From NCBI GenBank assembly GCA_945860415.1, contig CAMAQA010000005.1, positions 507 to 64,506 of the forward strand: 64,000 nt of DNA, read 5' to 3'. The position numbers were made by a program, and so were the translations under genes. The DNA is from Bacteriovorax stolpii (GTDB taxonomy: Bacteria > Bdellovibrionota > UBA1018). Numbering within the stretch: the first letter of the stretch is position 1; each line of letters begins with the position of its first letter. This document shows, in pieces, positions 27,920 to 35,829 of the stretch. Under the pieces are notes generated by a model, which was not told where the DNA came from, did no database searches, and saw nothing but the letters and a program-made list of their open reading frames with translations.

Positions 27920-27947
27920 GTATCGGCGGAAATTTGACGGAACTTGA
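27920..27947 (-). promoter_or_regulatory. Putative sigma28 (FliA) promoter
   Basis: Minus strand TCAAGTTC-N12-GCCGATAC, followed by SD GGAGG and ATG 27897. Confidence 0.65.
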
Positions 27948-28005
27948 ACGTCTTGTGGAAAACCCGCGTGATTTCAGCGAGTCAGGCGAGTCCGCTCAGC
28001 TCAGT

Positions 28006-29148
28006 TCAGCTCCGCGCCATGCGGACAGCGCTGGAGATCGCCTCCAGCCCCGCCCGGAGTTCGGATTCCTTCGGCCATGCGTAACCCACTCGCATGTAGC
28101 GGCGATCCATCTCGAACCAGTGCCCGGGCCCGACGAAGGTGCCGAACTCTCCGTTCAGGATCTGGTAGAACTTCTCGACCGACACGTTCTGGGTGTCTCG
28201 GATGCGCGGAAAGCAGACGACTCCCGCCTGCGGCTCGACCCATTCCAGGCCGTCCTGGCCGGCGAACCAGTCCTTGAGGATTTTCCGCATGGACAGGATC
28301 TCGTTTTGGATTCGAGGCAGGTGAATGTCGCGCTTGCGGTAAAACTGAGTGCCGATCTCCTCGTCGACGACGGATCCGCAGATCACGATCTGCTCCTTGG
28401 CGGCGAGGAACTTCTCCTGAAGCTCCGTGTTCTGCGTGATCACCCATCCGAGTCGTATTCCCGGAAGTCCGTACGTCTTCGAGAAGCTCGAGACGCTCAT
28501 GACATGATCGCCAAGGCTCGCGGCCACCGGAAGCTGATTGCCGAAAGCCATGTCGCGGTAGGTCTCGTCGACGAGGAGCCACGCTCCGGCCTTGCTGGTC
28601 ATAGCGACGATCGCCTGCAGATCCTCGAGTGGAAGCTGCACTCCGGTGGGATTGTGCGGAGTCGTGATGCTGACGACCTTCGGTTTCGCTTTTTGAATGG
28701 CGGCGTCAAGCTTCGCGAGGTCTGGTCGGAAGCCCTCTTCGAAGGTGAGCCTGAAAAGCTCGACGTTTGCACCGAGCGCACGCGGAGTCTCGATGTTCGT
28801 GCCGTAGTTGGGGTGCTCGACCAGCAGCGTGTCGCCCTTTTCCAGCAGAGTCGTGTTGATGATGAAGAGAGCACCGGCCGCGCCCGGGGTGAGGAGGATG
28901 TCCTGGGCCGAGATCGGCGTGGTGCCCGCGATATTGCGGGCGTGCTGGTTTGCCTCGGCGGCGATGAGGCTTCTGAGCTCCGGGTTGCCGACGTGGTCGC
29001 CGTAGCAGAGCAGCAGGCGCTTCAGGTCGAGTTCGAACTGATCGGTGCGGATGTCGGAGAAGGAGCTTTCCGTCAGGTTGTTTCGGATGTTGCCATAGCC
29101 CATCTGCTCGGGAGACTCGATTTCAATCGGCATTCTGGTGTAGCGCAT
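28006..29148 (-). CDS. PLP-dependent aminotransferase class I/II
   Basis: TPHNPTG, LVDETY, SSFSKTYGLPGIRLGW; true start ATG 29148 (MRYTRMP) lies directly after a promoter. Confidence 0.92.
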   Translation of the reverse strand: MRYTRMPIEIESPEQMGYGNIRNNLTESSFSDIRTDQFELDLKRLLLCYGDHVGNPELRSLIAAEANQHARNIAGTTPISAQDILLTPGAAGALFIINTTLLEKGDTLLVEHPNYGTNIETPRALGANVELFRLTFEEGFRPDLAKLDAAIQKAKPKVVSITTPHNPTGVQLPLEDLQAIVAMTSKAGAWLLVDETYRDMAFGNQLPVAASLGDHVMSVSSFSKTYGLPGIRLGWVITQNTELQEKFLAAKEQIVICGSVVDEEIGTQFYRKRDIHLPRIQNEILSMRKILKDWFAGQDGLEWVEPQAGVVCFPRIRDTQNVSVEKFYQILNGEFGTFVGPGHWFEMDRRYMRVGYAWPKESELRAGLEAISSAVRMARS

Positions 29149-29155
29149 GACGCCG

Positions 29156-29184
29156 ATTGTGTTGGGGCCCGAGCGGGATTGCAA
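29156..29184 (-). promoter_or_regulatory. sigma70-type promoter giving a leaderless aminotransferase mRNA
   Basis: TTGCAA-N17-CACAAT-N7-ATG. Confidence 0.6.
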
Positions 29185-29190
29185 GCGGGA

Positions 29191-29376
29191 GCTGCGAGTG
29201 CTTCGGCGCGGGAGTGAACTGCGAGTGCTTCGGCGCGGGAGTGAACTGCGAGTGCTTCGGCGCGGGAGTGAACTGCGAGTGCTTCGGCGCGGGAGTGAAC
29301 TGCGAGTGCTTCGGCGCGGGAGTGAGCTGCGAGTGCTTCGGCGCGGGAGTGAGCTGCGAGTGCTTCGGCGCGGGAG
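29191..29376. repeat. Tandem array of ~7 copies of a 27-bp unit
   Basis: (G/A)CTGCGAGTGCTTCGGCGCGGGAGTGA x6 plus a 24-bp seventh copy; no spacers. Confidence 0.97.
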
Positions 29377-29613
29377 CAGCAAAAACAAGTTCGTTAAAGC
29401 GATTTTTAAGACATTTTATTTGACACGTTTTAGCGATGATCGAGCCTGCGCGCTCAACACAGCACTGAAAACTTCCCATTACCTCCCAGAACTGGCTCAG
29501 CTCGAAATATCGACTGATCGGCGCGAAAACAGAGCAATTTCCACAATGAGTCCAATAGAGTCGATCCTCGCGCGAAAATTCACACCTGAAAAACACATGT
29601 TAGTGATTCCTCC

Positions 29614-30639
29614 ATGCTTTCACTACAGACCCTTTCGTCGGCCGAACTCCTGCAGAAAACCAAGAACACCGCTCTCGAGGAGAGGCGGCTCGGAATCGAA
29701 CTCCTGCATTGCCTTGAAGAAATCGAAAGGCGAAAACTCTTTGCTCCGGACTTCAGCTCACTCCATGAGTACGTGGTCCGCGAGCTCGGTTACTCCGATG
29801 GCGCTGCTCATCGCCGCATCTCAGCGATGCGATTGATGCGGGATGTTCCGGAGGTCGAACAAAAACTATCGTCAGGCTCTCTGACATTATCCACTGCAAG
29901 CCAGGTTCAGAGTTTCCTGATCGCCGAGAAGCGGACCGCCGGAGCCGTCTATAGCTCATCAGAAAAGCGCAAGCTGATCTCTTCCATCGAAAACAAGTCC
30001 ACTCGAGATACCGAGGCGTTTCTCACCGCTCAATCGCCTCGAACCGCAGCACTGGTTCGCGAGCGCCCTCGCTCGATCGATGGCCACAACGTCCAGGTCA
30101 CTGTGGTTCTGAGTCCGGCCCTGCAGGAGAAGCTCGAGCGGCTCAAGAATCTGATGTCGCATCAGCACCCTCACCCCTCGCTTTCGGAGCAGCTCGAAAT
30201 GTTGGCCGACTTGGCCCTGAGAAAGCTGGATCCTTCGGCGCTGCCTTCGCGAAAGGCACCCGCAACCTCCGTAACTCGAGAAGCCGCTCGTGATGCATCG
30301 ACGACAGCGCACCGGAGTCGGTTCATCCCGGCAGCCACTCGAAGAGCGGTTTGGCAACGGGCTGACTATCGGTGTGAGTTTCGCTCGACCGAGTCCGCAA
30401 ACCGCTGCTCGCGGCGCCACCTGCTTCAAGTGGATCACCGCGCCCCCTTCTCTCGAGGCGGCGGCAATCAACTCGAGAATCTTCAGCTCCTCTGCGCCAC
30501 CCACAATCAATGGAAAGGAGCGAGAGTCGTCAACTCGTTGACACCTTTTGTGAGGAGGACCGAATCACCTGAAGTGCGCCCATTTACTTCGGCGCCGGAG
30601 CTCTGGATGTCTGCTGGGTCCTCCGATGGGCGCGATTGA
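29614..30639 (+). CDS. HNH endonuclease with DUF222-like helical N-terminus
   Basis: RFIPAATRRAVWQR..YRCEF...C...LQVDHRAPFSRGG.NQLENLQLLCATHNQWK; N-terminal SSLHEYVVRELGYSDGAAHRRISAMR. Confidence 0.9.
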   Translation: MLSLQTLSSAELLQKTKNTALEERRLGIELLHCLEEIERRKLFAPDFSSLHEYVVRELGYSDGAAHRRISAMRLMRDVPEVEQKLSSGSLTLSTASQVQSFLIAEKRTAGAVYSSSEKRKLISSIENKSTRDTEAFLTAQSPRTAALVRERPRSIDGHNVQVTVVLSPALQEKLERLKNLMSHQHPHPSLSEQLEMLADLALRKLDPSALPSRKAPATSVTREAARDASTTAHRSRFIPAATRRAVWQRADYRCEFRSTESANRCSRRHLLQVDHRAPFSRGGGNQLENLQLLCATHNQWKGARVVNSLTPFVRRTESPEVRPFTSAPELWMSAGSSDGRD

Positions 30640-30754
30640 TCTCTAGACGGAATCAACGGGCTGAACTGATCGCTCTGGCGAGAGTCGTCGTCCGGAGTCC
30701 ATTTTGACCATTTTTTCTTTTTACAAGCCGGCCTCGGCTCTTTAGCCTTCTTGC

Positions 30755-31594
30755 ATGAGAAACTTTTCACTGAAGCAAAAGGCCCTTTTAACGTTCGGAA
30801 TAGCGGCACTCTCGACCGCGCTCCTCGCCGGTTGTAACGTCTTTTCGATCGTGGACAAGCCGTCTGGCGACGAGCAGATCCTTTCCAAGGCGCGGGCATG
30901 CTTCGACCAGGCCGACTATGATTGTGCGAGGGAGTATTATGCGCAGCTCTCGTCGAGCTACGCCGACGTTCGGGCGAGCGAAGAGGCTTTCATGATCCTC
31001 GCCGAGAATGGCGCGACGATGGCGGACTTCATGGAAACCTTCGGGAGTGGGGGGAGCGGGCAGGCTCTGACCGAGCTTGCAGAGAGAATGGCTCCGGGAA
31101 GCGAAGTGAAACGACTGAAGATCCATGAGGCGTTCAAGAAATATGGCTCCATCAGTGCAGCTGACAATCCGAGCCTCAGGGCACTTGTTCGCTTCGTCGG
31201 GTCTGTAGCATTGGCCGCGGAATTCCTATCTGAAGAGATTTCTAGTTCCGGTGGACAGCTTCTGAAAACAAGAATTTCCTCATTGGGCGGCGCCTGTCCC
31301 AGTACGATTCAAGCATGTGCCAACTGCACTGCCCCGACGGACCCTATTCTCAAGAACGGAATTTCCAACCCGGACTTCCTGAGTTCGAGTCTCAATGGTC
31401 AAATCGACCTCGGTCATTTCAAAAAGGCGATGGTGGAAATGAGCGCGGCCTTGAATGAACTGAGCGCCGCTGGCGGCTTTAGTGACGGGGCAGGCGGATT
31501 ATCTCAAGATATTCTTAGCCAAGACCTCGATAACAACTTGGGAACACAGGAGTGCTTCCGCTCCAACATGCTTTCACTAGGCATCGGCCGCTAA
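30755..31594 (+). CDS. Lipoprotein, hypothetical (Cys-rich)
   Basis: Lipobox LLAG-C; TPR-like helix after it. Confidence 0.75.
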   Translation: MRNFSLKQKALLTFGIAALSTALLAGCNVFSIVDKPSGDEQILSKARACFDQADYDCAREYYAQLSSSYADVRASEEAFMILAENGATMADFMETFGSGGSGQALTELAERMAPGSEVKRLKIHEAFKKYGSISAADNPSLRALVRFVGSVALAAEFLSEEISSSGGQLLKTRISSLGGACPSTIQACANCTAPTDPILKNGISNPDFLSSSLNGQIDLGHFKKAMVEMSAALNELSAAGGFSDGAGGLSQDILSQDLDNNLGTQECFRSNMLSLGIGR

Positions 31595-31621
31595 ACCCGG
31601 CCACACCAGAGGATCAGAACC

Positions 31622-32764
31622 ATGTTTCACAAGACTCAAAAGCGAAGCAAAATGGCGGCCACCCTCTCGCTCGCGTCCATCGCGTTCGGGGCCTTATCGT
31701 CCACCCCCGCCCACGCCCTCAACCAGATCATCAAGCCCTACCAGAGCGTGCGCAGCTCCGGCATGGGCGGCCTGAAGCTGACTACCGGCCTGTATGACGA
31801 CAACTTTTTCGGAAATCCCGCACGGGTGCTTGCGAATCCGACCTGGCGAGTGACGCTGCTGGATCCGATGGTCGAGACGAGCCGCTCGACGATCACCAAC
31901 ATGGGCGACATCGCTTCTGCTGACGGCAACACGCTGTCCGGAATCGGTGGAACGGCAGGCCGGAACAACCACGGCAGGCTCCAGTTCTCCGCGCCCGCTG
32001 TCTATGTCGCCAAGGGCGAGCGGAAATGGGCACTGGCACTCGGGCTCCTGACGAGCGTGCAGTTCGACGTCGCACTTCGGAACAACTACCAGATCGCCCC
32101 GGGCGCAGTCGTCGACGTGGGCCCCGCACTCACCTTCGGTCGCACCTTCTTCGCCGACGAGCGCCTTGGCGTCGGCATCACACCGCACATCACCAGCCGC
32201 GTGGCCACCACCTCCGACATCACGCTGGCCCAGATCATCGGCGGCCAGTCGCTGAAACCCCAGGACTCCGGCGGAGCCGGCACGCACGTGGATGCCGACG
32301 TCGGCGCCACCTACAAGCTTCCGTTCACCTGGAAAGAATTCGACTTCGACACGGCTTTTGCGGTGAACAATGTCCTGGGCGGAAAGTACTCGAACCTCAA
32401 GAGCCTCAAGATCGGCGACGGAGCAACCCTCCCTCCCACCCAGCCCCGAACCTATGGATTCGGCTTTGCGGCACGCAGGGACATCTGGGGCAAGTTCCGG
32501 AAATCCGTGTTCGCGCTGGAGTTCCAGAACCTCGGCAACAATCCCAACGGCAGCATCTTTCGCACGATCCACCTCGGTGGCGAAACCAACTGGCGTCGTG
32601 TCGCCCTACGAGCAGGCCTGAACCAGGGCTACTGGGCGGCCGGCGTCGGCTTTGATCTCTGGGTGCTGAACCTCGATGTCTCGAGCTATGGCGAAGAGCT
32701 CAGCCTCAACGCCGGAGGCCTCGAAGACCGTCGTTATGCGCTGAAAGTGGCGTTCCAGATCTGA
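31622..32764 (+). CDS. Outer-membrane beta-barrel (TraF_2/FadL-like)
   Basis: Signal peptide, RSSGMGG...FGNPA plug-like motif, LRAGLNQGY, amphipathic C-terminal strand. Confidence 0.75.
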   Translation: MFHKTQKRSKMAATLSLASIAFGALSSTPAHALNQIIKPYQSVRSSGMGGLKLTTGLYDDNFFGNPARVLANPTWRVTLLDPMVETSRSTITNMGDIASADGNTLSGIGGTAGRNNHGRLQFSAPAVYVAKGERKWALALGLLTSVQFDVALRNNYQIAPGAVVDVGPALTFGRTFFADERLGVGITPHITSRVATTSDITLAQIIGGQSLKPQDSGGAGTHVDADVGATYKLPFTWKEFDFDTAFAVNNVLGGKYSNLKSLKIGDGATLPPTQPRTYGFGFAARRDIWGKFRKSVFALEFQNLGNNPNGSIFRTIHLGGETNWRRVALRAGLNQGYWAAGVGFDLWVLNLDVSSYGEELSLNAGGLEDRRYALKVAFQI

Positions 32765-32860
32765 CCTGGAAAACTCCAAGTCCTTGATCGCGAAGCACTG
32801 TTAAGCCGCTCAAGTCTGAGTGTTTGCAGGACCGTTTTCCGAACGGCTATCCTGAAGGGG

Positions 32861-33316
32861 ATGTGGCAGTCCAATTCACGAAAGCGTTCTGACGGAAATC
32901 GGGTCCATGGCGTCGAGCTCAGGTCGTCCAGCGGTTTTCACCTCAAGCGGGTGACCTGCAGGATCACGAGCCTCGAGGCAACGGCCGGAGCTGCAGCCAT
33001 AGAAGGCCGGCTCCTTCTCAACGATGTCAGTTCGCAGGGACTTGCTTTCTACTCGCCTGAGATCCTCCCGCTCGGCAGCCTGGTCAGCATCGAGTTCGAG
33101 TACCCCGAAAAAACGAGCCTCAGGGCAAAAGTGGGCTGGTGCCAGCAGCTGACCGGAGTGGGAAAAATCATCACGGAGAAATCACGAAGCTTCCGGATCG
33201 GACTCGTCTTCGAGCACGAAAAGCCGGAGGACGAGGAACGACTCAAGGCTTTCTGCGATCGTCTGGCTGAGATCTACCCGGGAATCGACCTCACCCGGGC
33301 GCCCTACGCCGCTTGA
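32861..33316 (+). CDS. PilZ-domain protein
   Basis: Arg-rich N-terminus, NDVSSQG (D/NxSxxG), AKVGWC, IGLVF. Confidence 0.7.
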   Translation: MWQSNSRKRSDGNRVHGVELRSSSGFHLKRVTCRITSLEATAGAAAIEGRLLLNDVSSQGLAFYSPEILPLGSLVSIEFEYPEKTSLRAKVGWCQQLTGVGKIITEKSRSFRIGLVFEHEKPEDEERLKAFCDRLAEIYPGIDLTRAPYAA

Positions 33317-33331
33317 GTGCAGGCCGCGCGA

Positions 33332-34351
33332 TCAACCGAACAGGGCGACGAAGTCATCCCAGTGGTTGCGCAGGCGTCCCTTGAGTCTAAGGATGGCCTG
33401 CGTGTGCAGCTGGCTGACTCGTGACTCGGTCACATCCAGCACGCGGCCGATTTCCTTCAGGTTCAGGTCTTCGTAATAATACAGCGAGAGCACCAGGCGC
33501 TGCTTTTCAGGAAGGTCGTTGATGCAGTCGGCGACCATCTTCTTGAAATGCGCCATGTTCACTTCGGCGAAGGGCGTAGCCGACTTGCTGGGAGACTCAC
33601 CGTACCCGTGCAGGGCCCGCTTGTCCTGCTTGGAGAAGTTCGTGATGTCGTCGTAGGAAAGCAGCGACACGCTCCGCACCTGGTTGAGCATGTCATGATA
33701 CTCTTCCTGCGAAATATTCAGCTCGGCGCAGATCTCCTCGTCCGTGGCCTGCCTGCCCTTCTGCTGCTCGATCTTCGAGTAGCAGCGCTCCAGCTGCTTG
33801 GCCTTTTCGCGGACCGATCGCGGCACCCAGTCCTGTGCGCGAAGCTCGTCGAGGATCGCCCCACGGATGCGGAATTCCGCATAGGTCTTGAACTTGTTGT
33901 CGCGGGTGGCGTCGTACTTGTCGATGGCATCCATGAGCCCGATCACTCCGGAGGAGATCAGGTCGTCGAGCTCGATGTTTGCTGGAAGTCGCGCAGCGAT
34001 CTTCTGGGCGATATACTTGATGAGCGGCGCAAACTCGATGATCAGCTTGTCGCGCGTGCTGTTGTTGGGCGTGAAGTCTTCGCGCACGAGGCTGGAGGTG
34101 TGCGCCGCTTCGGCGACGATCTCACGCTCCAACTCGCGCTGGAGGGCCTCCTCCTCTTTCCGGGCGCGCTCGGCGTCTGCAAGGTCATCAACAGCCTGGC
34201 CGACGGATTGTGCGACCGGAGCAGCCTCGCCCGGCTTCACTCCAGAGGATTTTGCCGCGCGTCCCGCGGCACGCTGACGGGCCTTTTCGGCCGCCGTCTT
34301 GTCTTCGCCCGCGTTCTTCCGGTACCGCTGAAGTCCTGCATTCACGCTCAT
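33332..34351 (-). CDS. fliA: Flagellar sigma factor sigma28 with N-terminal extension
   Basis: DDLISSGVIGL, RIRGAILDELRAQDWVPRSVR, TESRVSQLH. Confidence 0.95.
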   Translation of the reverse strand: MSVNAGLQRYRKNAGEDKTAAEKARQRAAGRAAKSSGVKPGEAAPVAQSVGQAVDDLADAERARKEEEALQRELEREIVAEAAHTSSLVREDFTPNNSTRDKLIIEFAPLIKYIAQKIAARLPANIELDDLISSGVIGLMDAIDKYDATRDNKFKTYAEFRIRGAILDELRAQDWVPRSVREKAKQLERCYSKIEQQKGRQATDEEICAELNISQEEYHDMLNQVRSVSLLSYDDITNFSKQDKRALHGYGESPSKSATPFAEVNMAHFKKMVADCINDLPEKQRLVLSLYYYEDLNLKEIGRVLDVTESRVSQLHTQAILRLKGRLRNHWDDFVALFG

Positions 34352-34430
34352 GATGTGCACCCCGTCCTAGGTCTACTCAGTCTATCCATCCCCTGCGCTC
34401 CGCGCAGCCGGCAAAATTTTCCAGTTCAGC

Positions 34431-35828
34431 TCAAAGATCCATCACGAGCGCGGCCACGCGGTCACGTGTGGCCTCCTCGATGTCATCAGGAATTTTCTGG
34501 CCCGTGGTGAAGTAGAGAAGCGGCAGCCTCACCTTCTGTGGAACGTTGTAGAGAACGCCGTAAAGCGTGGTTTCATCGAGCTTGGAGAAAACGAGCCCCT
34601 GCGGCCGGAACATCGAGAACCGGCTCGCCATGTCGTAAAGCTCCGCATCCCGGGTCGTCGCCGACAGCACCAGTACGGTCTTCATCGTCGGCACCGTGTC
34701 GAGCATCGACTGGATTTCCTTCAACGACTCCGGATCCCGCTGTGATCGGCCAGTGGTGTCCACCAGCACGAGGTCCAAGGCCTGGAAATCACGGATGGCG
34801 AAGGTCAGGTCATCCACCGATTGCGCCGAACGAAACGGCACGTTCAACAGCTTCGAGAAGGTCGCCAGCTGGTCGAAGGCCGATGCCTTGACGTGATCGA
34901 GATTGATCAATCCCACGCGAAGTCCCCTGCGGATCGCCTGCGAGGCAATCTTGGCGAGGGTCGTGGTCTTGCCCACTCCGGTGGGTCCGACGAGTGCAAT
35001 CACTGAGGGAATGCCGGTTCCCGGCTTGATTCCTTCGAGTGGCGACGCAACCTCGATATTGCGGATGATCTCCTCGGCAATCTGATCCTGGACCGACTCG
35101 AGGCTTCGTGATCCCTCCGGGCCCAGCTCGAATGCTGCCTGGCGAATCAATCCGAGCGCGAAGCGCTTGTCGACGCCGTTGACGACGATCTGGTCGAAGG
35201 CCTCCTGCAGCGCCGGTGTCGAGAATGCCCCGACTTCGGCGGCCTGAGCGCCGGATGAAGCTGCCGCCTGATGGCGAATCTCGTCCTGCTGGGCCTTCAA
35301 TTCCTCGATCATCCGGCGGAGCGCGCGCACCTCATCACTGGAGACCGATGCCGTGGAAATCGGTGCACCGGAATTCTGCGCAGATGCATCCCCAGCGATC
35401 GAATCCCTGCGGACCGGCGCCCGCATCACAGGAGCCGGGGCGGGAACAGTATCCGCATCGATCTCTGCGTAACGGATTGCGGTCTTCGGCCGGGGTGCCG
35501 AGCTGAGCTGCACCGAATCGCGCGTGCCGGTGGCTGCGCGCTCCAATGCCTTCTCCATCACTTGCTCCTGCATGTCCGCCTGGCGGCTCGCCGGCATCTT
35601 CGTGTATTTTCCAACCGTGTCGGCGGGAAGCTTCGACTCGGTCACTTTTTTCCTGGCCATGGAGCGATCAGAAACCGCAGCGGTCACCTCGACCGATGCC
35701 TTCGACATCAGGCCGAAGCCTCTCTTGTTCTTCTTGGTCTGGAGGATGATGGCCTCGGGACCAAGCTCGCGCTTCACGGTCTCCAGGGCTTCCTGCAGCG
35801 TCGGGGCCTCGAATTTCTTCACTTCCAT
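34431..35828 (-). CDS. flhF: SRP-family GTPase FlhF
   Basis: VKRELGPEAII N-terminus, GPTGVGKTTT, DTTGRS, SKLDE, GQKIPDD. Confidence 0.95.
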   Translation of the reverse strand: MEVKKFEAPTLQEALETVKRELGPEAIILQTKKNKRGFGLMSKASVEVTAAVSDRSMARKKVTESKLPADTVGKYTKMPASRQADMQEQVMEKALERAATGTRDSVQLSSAPRPKTAIRYAEIDADTVPAPAPVMRAPVRRDSIAGDASAQNSGAPISTASVSSDEVRALRRMIEELKAQQDEIRHQAAASSGAQAAEVGAFSTPALQEAFDQIVVNGVDKRFALGLIRQAAFELGPEGSRSLESVQDQIAEEIIRNIEVASPLEGIKPGTGIPSVIALVGPTGVGKTTTLAKIASQAIRRGLRVGLINLDHVKASAFDQLATFSKLLNVPFRSAQSVDDLTFAIRDFQALDLVLVDTTGRSQRDPESLKEIQSMLDTVPTMKTVLVLSATTRDAELYDMASRFSMFRPQGLVFSKLDETTLYGVLYNVPQKVRLPLLYFTTGQKIPDDIEEATRDRVAALVMDL

Positions 35829-35829
35829 A

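Noticed and set aside
29191-29376. CRISPR array next to an HNH nuclease
   Set aside because: Units are contiguous and near-identical with no unique spacers, and there are no cas genes in the window
29149-29388. 80-aa RRSTRSSLP-repeat N-terminal extension of the aminotransferase (ORF 28006..29388) and other repeat-spanning ORFs
   Set aside because: The 27-bp unit is simply stop-free in several frames; a promoter sits directly before ATG 29148
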